The notes under the pieces were generated by a model. It saw only the letters and a list, made by a program, of their open reading frames with translations, did no database searches and was not told where the DNA came from. A program made the position numbers and the translations under genes. A DNA stretch of 64,000 nucleotides from Azospirillum brasilense (GTDB taxonomy: Bacteria > Pseudomonadota > Alphaproteobacteria > Rickettsiales > UBA3002). Positions 17,765 to 28,347 of the stretch are shown here, piece after piece; within the stretch, counting starts at the first letter, position 1, and every line of letters begins with the position of its first letter. The stretch spans positions 1,500 to 65,499 of the forward strand of contig QFOX01000003.1 in the NCBI GenBank assembly GCA_003241645.1. Reading direction: 5' to 3'.

Positions 17765-18121
17765 ATGACGGTCTCGACCATTACCAATGTGGCGCCGGAA
17801 ATCCGCCGTGCCCTTGAGAACCAGAACAAACCGGTCACCCCCACCGGGCGCGACGCCAGCGCGGCGACGCTGCCGACCGACACGGTGCAGCTGAGCGCCG
17901 ATGTGGCCTTCAAGCCCGCGCTGCTGAACCTGAACGAGGCGATTGCTGAGTCCAGCGCGCAGAACTTCGTAGCCGCGCAAAGCACCCTGAGCGATGCGGA
18001 TTTCGACGTGGCCGACGCCACCGAGAGCGCGCAGGCACGTGTGCAGGCCGACGCGAAAGCCAGCACGCTGGCGCAGACCAACAAGCTGCCGCCCAACCTG
18101 ATCCAGCTGCTTCAGGAATAA
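17765..18121 (+). CDS. small protein with flagellin C-terminal (D0 helix)-like tail
   Basis: AGGAG lies 10 nt upstream of ATG 17765. The C-terminus DADFDVADATESAQARVQADAKASTLAQTNKLPPNLIQLLQE aligns with the flagellin C-terminus (..[38 protein letters not shown]). No flagellin N-terminal signature is present. Confidence 0.55.
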   Translation: MTVSTITNVAPEIRRALENQNKPVTPTGRDASAATLPTDTVQLSADVAFKPALLNLNEAIAESSAQNFVAAQSTLSDADFDVADATESAQARVQADAKASTLAQTNKLPPNLIQLLQE

Positions 18122-18192
18122 CCCCTTATATATTAAACTTTGGCTTCGCATGGCGGAATGCTATATTTAGTGGGCATCACTGAAGGGCTTGC

Positions 18193-18996
18193 ATGCGTCA
18201 CGCGTTCTCACTGGTCGAACTTTCCATCGTGCTGGTCATCCTTGGCCTGCTGACCGGCGGTATCCTTGGCGGCCAATCGCTTATCCGTGCGGCAGAATTG
18301 CGCTCGGCGGCAGCCGACATGCAGCGCTACCAATCCGCCATGTATACGTTCCGTGATAAATACCTCGGTCTGCCGGGTGATATCACCAATGCCGAGCAAT
18401 TCTGGGGCACCGACCCGGATGGCTGCCCGATCCACACGAACTGGAGCGTGAAAAAGTCGGCCACCTGCAACGGCAATGGGAACGGTCAGGTCACCAGTGG
18501 CGAAATGTTCCGTGCATGGCAGCAATTAGCCAATGCAGGGCTGATCGAGGGAAGTTACACCGGTGTTCCCGGCCCAAACAATAGTGGCACCTGCACGAAT
18601 ATCGACCATGAGATCGGCGTGAATGTGCCCGCAGCGCGCCTGAAGCCCGCCGGGTTTGGGTTGCTCACCTACAGTGGGGGATACGTGGCTCCGGGTGCCG
18701 TTTCGTTCCAGTTCGAGGGCAATTATTCGAACACACTGATTCTCGGTGCTTCCACCACGTCCTGTGAAACCGCCGGCCCGATCATGAAACCCGAAGAAGC
18801 CTGGAACATTGACACCAAAATGGATGATGGAAAGCCCGGCATGGGCAAGCTGGTAACGCGCACGTCGCTTCCCGTCGGTGGCCCGGGCGTTATGCCCAAT
18901 TGCAATGATGGCGACAACACCATGGCGGCTTCTGCGCAATATCGGCTCGATTTTAACGGGGTAAATTGTTCGCTTTTATTCCGCACGGCATTGTAA
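18193..18996 (+). CDS. prepilin-type N-terminal cleavage/methylation domain protein (pilin/pseudopilin-like)
   Basis: MRHA|FSLVELSIVLVILGLLTGGIL is a class III signal/pilin N-terminus with Glu at +5. The C-terminal globular part has 6 Cys. Confidence 0.8.
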   Translation: MRHAFSLVELSIVLVILGLLTGGILGGQSLIRAAELRSAAADMQRYQSAMYTFRDKYLGLPGDITNAEQFWGTDPDGCPIHTNWSVKKSATCNGNGNGQVTSGEMFRAWQQLANAGLIEGSYTGVPGPNNSGTCTNIDHEIGVNVPAARLKPAGFGLLTYSGGYVAPGAVSFQFEGNYSNTLILGASTTSCETAGPIMKPEEAWNIDTKMDDGKPGMGKLVTRTSLPVGGPGVMPNCNDGDNTMAASAQYRLDFNGVNCSLLFRTAL

Positions 18997-19011
18997 CCGT
19001 TCAGGCGCACG

Positions 19012-19049
19012 AAAAAGAAAAGGCCGGGGAAATTCCCCGGCCTTTTTTG
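19012..19049. terminator. bidirectional Rho-independent terminator (pilin-like gene / gltA)
   Basis: An A-tract is followed by GGCCGGGG (19022-19029), loop AAATT, CCCCGGCC (19035-19042) and T6. Confidence 0.75.
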
Positions 19050-19065
19050 TTGCGTGGTGCGGCGC

Positions 19066-20520
19066 TTACTTGCGCTTGGCCACCGGCTGGAACTTGCGCG
19101 GGCCAGAACCGATGAACAGCTGGCGCGGACGGCCGATCTTCATGCTCGGGTCCTCGATCATTTCTTTCCACTGGGCGATCCACCCGGCCGCGCGGGCCAC
19201 GGCGAACAGCACCGTGAACATGGTGCTGGGAATGCCCAGCGCGCGGTAGATGATGCCCGAGTAGAAATCCACGTTCGGGTAAAGCTTGCGCTCGATGAAG
19301 TAGGGATCGTTGAGCGCGATCTTCTCCAGTTCCATGGCGATCTGCAGCAGCGGTTCGTCTTCCTGCCCCAGCTCCTTGAGCACGTCGTGGCATGCCTTGC
19401 GCAGCACGGCCGCGCGCGGATCGTAGTTCTTGTACACGCGGTGACCGAAGCCCATCAGGCGGAAATTGTCGTTCTTGTCTTTCACGCGCTTGATGAAATG
19501 CGGGATGTTCTTCACATCGCCGATCTCCTGCAGCTGGTTGATGACCGCCTCGTTCGCGCCGCCATGGGCCGGGCCCCACAGCGTGGCAATGCCCGCGCCG
19601 ATGCAGGCGAACGGGTTCGCGCCCGAGCTGCCCGAGAGGCGCACGGTGCTGGTGGAGGCATTCTGCTCGTGGTCGGCATGCAGGATGAAGATCTTCTCCA
19701 TCGCATCGGCGATGATGGGGTTGACCACATACGGCTCGGCCGGGGTGGCGAACATCATATGCAGGAAGTTCTCCGCGAAGCCGAGCTTGTTGTCGGGGTA
19801 CACGAAGGGCTGGCCGATCGAATATTTGTAGGCCATGGCCGCCAGCGTCGGCATTTTCGCGATGATGCGCAGCGCGGCGAGCTCGCGCTCCTCGGGGTTA
19901 TGGATGTCCAGCGAATCGTGGTAGAACGCCGAGAGCGATGCCACCGCACCCACCATAATGGCCATGGGGTGCGCGCGGCGCGGGAAGCCGCGATACAGGA
20001 AATGCAGCTGCTCGTGCACCATGGTGTGGTGCGTCACGCGGTAGCGGAACCATTCGCTCTGCTCTTTGTTCGGCAGGTCGCCGTACAGCAGCAGGTAGGC
20101 GCATTCCAGGAAGTCCGACTTGTCGGCCAGATCAGCGATGTCGTAGCCGCGATAGCGCAGGATGCCCTTGTCACCGTCGATGAAGGTGATCTCCGAATCG
20201 GTGCTGGCGGTGCTGAGGAAACCGGGGTCAAACGTGAAATGCCCGGTTGCGGCATACAGCTTCTGGATGTCGATGACGTTCTGGCCTTCCACCGCTTTGT
20301 AGATGGGGAATTCCACCGTTTTGCCGGCCACCGACAGGCTGGCCGAACCCACCGTCTTAAAGCGCGAAGCGTTCTCTTTGCGGGGCGCCGAAAGCGCCGC
20401 CGGGCGCTGCGGGCAACCGCCAGTGCGGCCACCTTTGCGCGGCGCGGTCTTCGCTTTTACGGGTTTCGCCTTTGCTTTGGCAGGTTTGGCTTTGATGGTT
20501 TTCTTTGCGGCTTTGGCCAT
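19066..20520 (-). CDS. gltA: citrate synthase (type II) with Lys/Ala/Pro-rich N-terminal extension
   Basis: [23 protein letters not shown] and [14 protein letters not shown] are citrate synthase signatures. GGAG lies 7 nt upstream of ATG 20520. The first ~55 aa are [31 protein letters not shown]... Confidence 0.9.
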   Translation of the reverse strand: MAKAAKKTIKAKPAKAKAKPVKAKTAPRKGGRTGGCPQRPAALSAPRKENASRFKTVGSASLSVAGKTVEFPIYKAVEGQNVIDIQKLYAATGHFTFDPGFLSTASTDSEITFIDGDKGILRYRGYDIADLADKSDFLECAYLLLYGDLPNKEQSEWFRYRVTHHTMVHEQLHFLYRGFPRRAHPMAIMVGAVASLSAFYHDSLDIHNPEERELAALRIIAKMPTLAAMAYKYSIGQPFVYPDNKLGFAENFLHMMFATPAEPYVVNPIIADAMEKIFILHADHEQNASTSTVRLSGSSGANPFACIGAGIATLWGPAHGGANEAVINQLQEIGDVKNIPHFIKRVKDKNDNFRLMGFGHRVYKNYDPRAAVLRKACHDVLKELGQEDEPLLQIAMELEKIALNDPYFIERKLYPNVDFYSGIIYRALGIPSTMFTVLFAVARAAGWIAQWKEMIEDPSMKIGRPRQLFIGSGPRKFQPVAKRK

Positions 20521-20574
20521 GGAACACTCCATTGGTGAGAATGGAGCAGAGCTTGGCCGCATGGGCCGTGCGCG

Positions 20575-21772
20575 TCAATCCGCGCGGGGTTTGCGCGGGG
20601 CTTTCGTTGCAGGTTTTGCCGCACTGTTGCGCTGCATCACCAGCCCTTGCAGCAGGGCCAGCACTTTGTGGTCCACGCCGGAGAGCGGTAGCGCCGAAAT
20701 TTCCTCACGGCTGAACCAGCCGGGGCTGTTCATGCGCTTGTGCAGCCGCGCATGCACGACGCGCCCTTCCAGCCGGAAATGGCTGTAGATATGCGTCACG
20801 TGCCCGATCTCTTCCCAATGTTCGGCGTGCATTTCGCGCATGGGGTAGCGCAGGTCGGTCGTTACCGGCACTTGCGGAAAGCCATACAGCCCACCCAGCA
20901 GCGCGGCCTCCCGCGCTTCCAGATGCAGGTGGCCCGCCGCGTCTTCCAGCACCAGCAGGTACATGGCGCGCGTCGGGGTGGCCTTCTTCGGCTTCGGGGC
21001 GGGGTAACGCTCCGGCGATTTTTTGCCCTTGCAAATGCTATTGGCCGGGCAGCTCGGGCAGTCGGGTTTCTTGGGTGTACAGACCATGCTGCCCAGATCC
21101 ATCATCGCCTGATTATGGTCGAACGGTTCGGCCGTGTTCAGCAGCGCCTGCGCGCCGTCCCATAACTCCGTATCGCTGGGCTTCTCCCACGCGAACACCC
21201 GCGCCACGATGCGCTTCACGTTCGCCTCTAAGATGGCCACCGGCTGGCGATACGCGAATGCCGCGATGGCATGGGCCGTGTTTTTGCCGATGCCGGGGAG
21301 GGATTGGAGCTGTTCAAGCGAAGGGGGGCTTGCCCCCCCTTCGCGCGTTTCACGCGCTGACCCCTGCCGCTTCGCGGCTCGCGCCACTTCGGCGCTACGC
21401 ACCGGCTGCATCAACCCCAGTGCCACGGCCTTCTTCGCGCCCTCATGCAGGAACCCGGCACGGCGATAATAGCCAAGGCCCTCCCACGCTTTCATGACCT
21501 GCTCGCGCGGTGCTTCGGCCAGCGCCTGCACGGTCGGGAATTTCTCTAGGAACGGGGGGTAGAACCGCGCCAGCACGGTGGCCACCTGCGTTTGCTGCAG
21601 CATCACCTCCGACAGCCAGATGCGGTAGGGATCATCCGTCTGCCGCCACGGCAAATGGTGCCGCCCCTGTGCCGTGTACCACGCTGCCATGGCCGCATGA
21701 AACCTGTGTAAATCACGCGGTTTTATTTGCGGCACCGTGGGGGTGGTGCTAGGAGTTTGTCTGATTTTACGC

Positions 21773-21777
<5 letters not shown>
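20575..21777 (-). CDS. mutY: A/G-specific adenine DNA glycosylase MutY, carrying an in-frame repeat insertion
   Basis: Motifs are WLSEVMLQQTQV, the HhH LPGIGKNTAHAI, the 4Fe-4S cluster CTPKKPDCPSCPANSIC and a Nudix-like C-terminal domain. Candidate starts at 21777 and 21810 both lie inside the family A repeat. Confidence 0.85.
21319..21401. repeat. GC-hairpin repeat (family R), copy inside the mutY ORF
   Basis: CGAAGGGGGGCTTGCCCCCCCTTCGCGCGTTTCACGCGCTGACCCCTGCCGCTTCGCGGCTCGCGCCACTTCGGCGCTACGC shares blocks with 8336-8407 and 34816-34941. Confidence 0.8.
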
Positions 21778-23721
<1,944 letters not shown>

Positions 23722-23723
23722 CT

Positions 23724-24164
23724 GTGGACATTCCGCATTTCGTATTAAAGCGCCAAGAAGCTTCTTTGAACTTTTCTACATTCTACCTGAAGACGATTGT
23801 TGTATTGTCATCAGGTAGTATCATCGCTTTACTTGCTCTAATAAGTCCAGAAATGCTCAAAGCATATCCCGGCTTGGTCACTAACATCAAATGCGTTATT
23901 CCGTTCTTTTTGGTATCCAGCTTTCATTCTCTAATGGCTGTTTTAGCAGCGCACCTTTGTGAGCGCGCTGGTTGGAGCCTAGGATACTATGAAAAAGAAA
24001 TTGAAAAATTTGAAGTTGGGTCTGACCAACATTTAGTAAGATTAAATGTAATTAGTTCATTGTCTAAAGATGAAGATGATTATGAGAAAATTGCTTATTA
24101 CACGGCGTTTTCGGCAACGGCATTTTTCTTCATAACTGCTTTTACTTTTGCGTATTTGTTTTGA
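23724..24164 (+). CDS. hypothetical low-GC membrane protein (about 3 TM helices)
   Basis: This 146-aa ORF starts at GTG 23724, 2 nt after the thiC stop, and ends in an ATGA overlap with the next gene. A hand count of the first 120 nt gives 38 % G+C, against >60 % in the flanks. Hydrophobic segments are TIVVLSSGSIIALLALI, VIPFFLVSSFHSLMAVLAAHL and [22 protein letters not shown]. Confidence 0.5.
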   Translation: MDIPHFVLKRQEASLNFSTFYLKTIVVLSSGSIIALLALISPEMLKAYPGLVTNIKCVIPFFLVSSFHSLMAVLAAHLCERAGWSLGYYEKEIEKFEVGSDQHLVRLNVISSLSKDEDDYEKIAYYTAFSATAFFFITAFTFAYLF

Positions 24165-24556
24165 TGACCGCCATCCAATCCACCACCCGCACCATCGCAT
24201 TGATTGGTGCAAGCAATAAGCCCGAGCGGCCGAGCTATGGGGTGATGGGGTTTTTGCTCGCCAAAGGATATATCGTGCATCCGGTGAATCCGGGTTTGGC
24301 GGGCGGGGAAATTCAAGGGCAACAAGTATATGCCACGCTGGCCGACTGCCCGGCCCCCATCGACATGGTGGATATTTTCCGCAACACGGCGGATGCCGCA
24401 ACGGTCATCGACGAAGCCATCGCATGTAAGGACAAACTCCACATCCAGACCATCTGGTGCCAGCTAGGAGTTACGCCGCACGAGGCCGCGTCGCGCGCGC
24501 AAGCCGCCGGGTTGACGGTGGTGATGGACCGTTGCCCCGCCATCGACTGGCGCTAA
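24161..24556 (+). CDS. CoA-binding domain protein (YccU-like)
   Basis: [32 protein letters not shown] and IDMVDIFR are typical of the CoA_binding_2 family. Confidence 0.75.
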   Translation: MMTAIQSTTRTIALIGASNKPERPSYGVMGFLLAKGYIVHPVNPGLAGGEIQGQQVYATLADCPAPIDMVDIFRNTADAATVIDEAIACKDKLHIQTIWCQLGVTPHEAASRAQAAGLTVVMDRCPAIDWR

Positions 24557-24702
24557 GCGCCCTTGGCTTTCGCGGCGCGGCGGCAGCGGTCGCTGCAATA
24601 TTTTACTTCGTCCCAGCAGCGCGCCCATTTTTTACGCCACGCAAATAGCAGCCCGCATTGCACGCAGGCCTTCTCAGGCAAATGCGGTTTGGCGTGGGCC
24701 AT
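24553..24702 (-). CDS. DUF2256-type small zinc-ribbon protein (49 aa; below ORF-track cutoff)
   Basis: Manual translation gives [49 protein letters not shown]. It has the C-x2-C ... C-x3-C pattern and the WRKKW..CWDEV.YCS.RCR signature I associate with DUF2256. Its ATG overlaps the upstream gene's TAA (TAATG). Confidence 0.7.
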   Translation of the reverse strand: MAHAKPHLPEKACVQCGLLFAWRKKWARCWDEVKYCSDRCRRAAKAKGA

Positions 24703-26210
24703 TATTTCGTCAGCCCGCCCAGCAAGCCGCGCAGCAATTGCCGGCCGATGCTGCGCCCGATCTGCCCGGTCACCTGCCGCACGGCGGCGTTGACCACCTG
24801 ATCGGTCACGCTCTGCGCGGCACGCCCACCGCTGCTGCGGCGCGGGGTGGTTTGCTGCGCCGTCTGCTGCACCGGCTGCGGTGCCTGCGCTGCTTTGCGG
24901 GCCTGCAGCATTTCATGCGCGGAATCGCGGTTGAGCGGCGTGTCGTACGTGTCGCCAATGGGGTCGCGCCGCAGCACGTCCTGCCGCTCGGCATCGCTCA
25001 GCGGGCCCATGCGCGAAATGGGCGGGCGAATCGCCGTGCGCTCCACCATGGTCGGGGTGCCGTCTTCCTGCAGGGTGGACACCAGCGCTTCACCCACTGC
25101 AAGGGTGGTGATGGCGGCCTGCACATCCACCGCCGGGTTGGGGCGGAAACTGCTGGCGGCCACCTTCACGGCCTTCTGCTCCTGCGGGGTGAAGGCGCGC
25201 AGCGCATGCTGCACGCGGTTGCCCAGCTGGGCCAGCACATCGGCAGGAATATCCTGCGGCTGCTGCGTCACGAAATACACGCCCACGCCTTTGCTGCGGA
25301 TCAGCCGCACCATCTGCTCCACTTTCTCCAGCAGGGCTTTGGGCGCGTCGGCGAACAGCAGGTGCGCCTCGTCGAAGAAGAAGACCAGTTTCGGTTTATC
25401 CGCATCGCCGATCTCGGGCAGGTTCTCGAACAGTTCCGACAGCAGCCATAGCAGGAAGATGCTGTACATGCGCGGGCGCTGGATCAGCTGCTCGGCGGCC
25501 AGCACATGGGCGATACCGCGCCCGTCCGGCGCGGTGCGCAGCAGGTCGTGGATGTCGAGCGCCGGTTCGCCGAACATCGCCTCGGCGCCCTCCTGTTTCA
25601 GCTGCAGCAATTTGCGCTGGATGGCATTCACCGTGGCGGCGGAGATATTGCCGTATTGGGCGGAATAGGGCTTCGCCTGCTCGCCCACATGCAGCAGCAG
25701 GCTGTGCAGGTCTTCCAGGTCGAGCAACAGCAAGCCCTGGTCATCGGCGATCTGGAAGGCAATGGCGAGCACGCCTTCCTGCGCGTCCGACAGATCCAGC
25801 AGGCGCGCCAGCAGGATGGGGCCGACTTCCGAGATCGTCATGCGCAGCGCATGGCCGCGCGTGCCGAATACATCCCAGAATACGGTGGGCATGCTGGCGG
25901 GCGCATAATCCTGCAACTGCAGTTTTTCTGCGCGCGCGCGTGCCTTTTCGCTGCCGCCGCTGGCCGCAATGCCGGAAAGGTCGCCTTTCACATCGGCCAT
26001 GAACACGGGCACACCGTGCGCAAGGAAGCCTTCGGCCAGCACCTGCAGCGTTACGGTTTTGCCGGTGCCGGTGGCCCCCGCGACCAGCCCATGGCGATTG
26101 GCGCGGCTAAGCGTGAGGTATTGCGGGCTGCTGCCCTGCCCAAGCAGGCAGGCGCCGTGCGGGAAGAGGGGGCTGGTGGTGGTGGGGTGCTGGGGGGCGG
26201 GCGTGGCCAT
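24702..26210 (-). CDS. HerA-like P-loop ATPase, DUF853/YjgR family
   Basis: The Walker A motif is [18 protein letters not shown] and the Walker B-like motif is [12 protein letters not shown]. Size is ~500 aa with a basic C-terminal tail. The start is placed at ATG 26210 (MATPAPQ). Confidence 0.75.
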   Translation of the reverse strand: MATPAPQHPTTTSPLFPHGACLLGQGSSPQYLTLSRANRHGLVAGATGTGKTVTLQVLAEGFLAHGVPVFMADVKGDLSGIAASGGSEKARARAEKLQLQDYAPASMPTVFWDVFGTRGHALRMTISEVGPILLARLLDLSDAQEGVLAIAFQIADDQGLLLLDLEDLHSLLLHVGEQAKPYSAQYGNISAATVNAIQRKLLQLKQEGAEAMFGEPALDIHDLLRTAPDGRGIAHVLAAEQLIQRPRMYSIFLLWLLSELFENLPEIGDADKPKLVFFFDEAHLLFADAPKALLEKVEQMVRLIRSKGVGVYFVTQQPQDIPADVLAQLGNRVQHALRAFTPQEQKAVKVAASSFRPNPAVDVQAAITTLAVGEALVSTLQEDGTPTMVERTAIRPPISRMGPLSDAERQDVLRRDPIGDTYDTPLNRDSAHEMLQARKAAQAPQPVQQTAQQTTPRRSSGGRAAQSVTDQVVNAAVRQVTGQIGRSIGRQLLRGLLGGLTK

Positions 26211-26390
26211 GGGATGCTCCGTGCGCAGGGAATGCCCGACCATAGCGACGCATGCCGCCTTGGCAATGGATTTGCAGCCACGCCCCGCAGGGAAACGCGG
26301 CGCACCACGAAAAAATCCGTGATAATGCTCGCCTGAAGCGGCCTTTGTTGCTATGCAACATAAAAGACCCTGTGACGAAGGAGCGCACCC

Positions 26391-26672
26391 ATGAAATCCC
26401 CCGCGATCGTATTTACCCTAGCGGCGATCACCGCCGTCAGCGGTGCCTATGCCGACGATGAGATGATGGGCACCTACATTAACGGGCGCATGGAAACCCG
26501 CACCGAGCGCAGCGCCCGTGTGGCCGATCCGCAGATGGACCGCGAGATCATGCTGATCGACCGGCAGCGCCGCGCCCAGCGCGCGCAGGAGCGCACGCCC
26601 GAGCAGGCCGATGGCGAAATGGGGCAGGAAGACGTGCCGTTCGAATACAAGCCAAACGCGAACGGCCTGTAA
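26391..26672 (+). CDS. hypothetical secreted protein
   Basis: Signal peptide is MKSPAIVFTLAAITAVSGAYA, followed by a charged 70-aa mature part. I recognise no domain. Confidence 0.5.
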   Translation: MKSPAIVFTLAAITAVSGAYADDEMMGTYINGRMETRTERSARVADPQMDREIMLIDRQRRAQRAQERTPEQADGEMGQEDVPFEYKPNANGL

Positions 26673-26693
26673 GCCGCCACGGGCATGCGCGCA

Positions 26694-26729
26694 TAAAAAA
26701 AGCCGCATCGGATGATGCGGCTTTTTTGT
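26694..26729. terminator. bidirectional Rho-independent terminator (hypothetical gene / mscL)
   Basis: A7 is followed by AGCCGCATC (26701-26709), loop GGAT, GATGCGGCT (26714-26722) and T6. Confidence 0.8.
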
Positions 26730-26741
26730 TGGCTGCGCCGG

Positions 26742-27164
26742 TTACTTTTTGGCGTTCAGCGCGTCGCGGATCTCGCGCAGCAGCAGGATATCCTCCGGCG
26801 GTGCGGCGGGGGTTTCTGCTTCCTTCTTGATCATCGCGTCCTTGATGCGGTTGACCTGCTTCACCAGCATGAACACCACGAAGGCCACGATCAGGAATTT
26901 GATAACGGCGTTGATGAACAGGCCATACATGATCAGCGGGGCGCCGGCTTTCTTCGCGGCCTCGAGCGATTCGTAGCCGCCGAAGGACAGGTCGAAATAG
27001 TAGTTCGAGAAGTCCAGCCCGCCCAGCAGCATGCCGATCACGGGGTTGATGATGTCGCTGACCATGGAGGTCACGATGGCGGTGAAGGCTGCGCCCACCA
27101 CGATACCCACCGCCATGTCGATGACGTTGCCGCGGGCGATAAATGTTTTGAATTCCTTGAACAT
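26742..27164 (-). CDS. mscL: large-conductance mechanosensitive channel
   Basis: [41 protein letters not shown] is the canonical MscL N-terminus. Size is 140 aa. Confidence 0.93.
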   Translation of the reverse strand: MFKEFKTFIARGNVIDMAVGIVVGAAFTAIVTSMVSDIINPVIGMLLGGLDFSNYYFDLSFGGYESLEAAKKAGAPLIMYGLFINAVIKFLIVAFVVFMLVKQVNRIKDAMIKKEAETPAAPPEDILLLREIRDALNAKK

Positions 27165-27324
27165 GCGTACTCTCCTATGATTTGTGGCCCCATGAAGCCA
27201 AAAGCCTTGGAAAAGTCAAGATTATCCGCCGCTTAATGTTGGCTTGATGGGTGGGCTCGCATCGCCGCATCGCGTGCTGAGCCATGGTTGGCTAATGCTT
27301 TCGCTATCAACGAAAGGATTTTGT

Positions 27325-27618
27325 ATGCGCCGTTCCTTGCTTCTTCTTGCGCTTGTTGGCACCCCGCTGGTTGCCTGTGCGCCTTCCGCCCCGATGGCGA
27401 CGAACGCCCAGTTCCAACAGGCCGATGGCAACAAGGATGGTGCGCTGAGCCGCGACGAGTATGAGCACCTGCTTGCCATTCGCGCCTCGGAAGGCGATGC
27501 CGCAGCCGCCCGCGCCGTGAAAGCTAACCTGCAATACAACACCTACGATACGCGCTTCAAAGCCAGCGACCGCGATGGCAACGGGGCGATTAGCCGTAGC
27601 GAACTCGGCATCCGTTAA
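27325..27618 (+). CDS. EF-hand calcium-binding lipoprotein
   Basis: AAAGGA RBS precedes the start. The lipobox is LVAC (MRRSLLLLALVGTPLVAC). There are two EF-hand loops, DGNKDGALSRDE and DRDGNGAISRSE. Confidence 0.7.
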   Translation: MRRSLLLLALVGTPLVACAPSAPMATNAQFQQADGNKDGALSRDEYEHLLAIRASEGDAAAARAVKANLQYNTYDTRFKASDRDGNGAISRSELGIR

Positions 27619-27666
27619 GAGAACCGTTGCACCCGCGCGAGGATTCCTGCTAAGAGGGCATCCCGC

Positions 27667-27740
27667 GCGGGTGTAGTTCAATGGTAGAACGAAAGCTTCC
27701 CAAGCTTTAGGCCAGGGTTCGATTCCCTGTACCCGCTCCA
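27667..27740 (+). tRNA. tRNA-Gly (anticodon CCC)
   Basis: Hand-folded cloverleaf: acceptor GCGGGTG/TACCCGC, D arm GTTC..GAAC, anticodon stem AAAGC/GCTTT with loop TTCCCAA, T arm CAGGG-TTCGATT-CCCTG, and an encoded CCA. Confidence 0.85.
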
Positions 27741-27766
27741 ACATCCTTGCTTACTGTTCGCCTTCT

Positions 27767-28276
27767 TTAATCGTCCAGCATCGGGGTGCCGGGTGCTTTG
27801 CCTTCCCACGTGATGGGGGTCACGACCGACAGGGACGTGGTGGGCGAGCCTTCGATGATGCGGGTGGTGCGCACCACATACACAAGGCTGCTGTTCGTGC
27901 GGTCGAACAGGCGGCGGATCTCCAGCGATTTGAAAATGAGCGAGCGGCTCTCATCGAACACTTCTTCGCCTTTCTCATCGGCCGCGATGGGCGCGCGGTA
28001 GGTCACCGGGCCGGTCTGCACGCAGGAAACGCTGGCGATGGACGGGTCTTCCGCCAGCCCCAGCCCGCCCTTGATGCCGCCGGTGCGCGGGCGCGCCACG
28101 TAGCAGGTGATGCCGGTGATCTTCGGGTCGTCGAACGCGCTGACCACGATCTTGTGGTTCGGGCCGATCAGTTTGAAGGCCGTGCTGACCGCGCCGACCT
28201 CGCGGCTTTGCGCCACACACAGGGCGGGAAACAGCACCAGCGCCAGCGCGCGGGAAAGAAAAAGATGACGTTGCAT
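27767..28276 (-). CDS. creA: CreA-family periplasmic protein
   Basis: It has a signal peptide, then IVVSAFDDPKITGITCYVARPRTGGIKGGLGLAEDPSIASVSC and LVYVV, typical of CreA. The start is ATG 28276. Confidence 0.75.
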   Translation of the reverse strand: MQRHLFLSRALALVLFPALCVAQSREVGAVSTAFKLIGPNHKIVVSAFDDPKITGITCYVARPRTGGIKGGLGLAEDPSIASVSCVQTGPVTYRAPIAADEKGEEVFDESRSLIFKSLEIRRLFDRTNSSLVYVVRTTRIIEGSPTTSLSVVTPITWEGKAPGTPMLDD

Positions 28277-28347
28277 GCAAAACTCCGGGTAATAGGATGC
28301 AACGACGCGTAGCGTTCGGCGTGCAAAAAGACCATCAGGATGTGCCA

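Noticed and set aside
17597-18151. Upstream 185 codons of the 285-aa ORF 17294-18151 (-)
   Set aside because: Only the last 100 codons (from ATG 17596) look like a YggT membrane protein. The upstream part is antisense to the flagellin-tail gene and has an Arg/Gly/Ala-rich shadow-ORF composition.
18122-18192. Sigma-54 promoter for the prepilin-like gene (TGGCTTCGCATGGCG)
   Set aside because: The GG...GC spacing is one nucleotide short of the -24/-12 consensus and the flanking bases do not match.
27741-28276. Genomic island or integrase adjacent to tRNA-Gly
   Set aside because: The tRNA is followed after 26 bp by a conserved CreA-family gene. There is no integrase, no direct repeat of the tRNA 3' end and no compositional shift.
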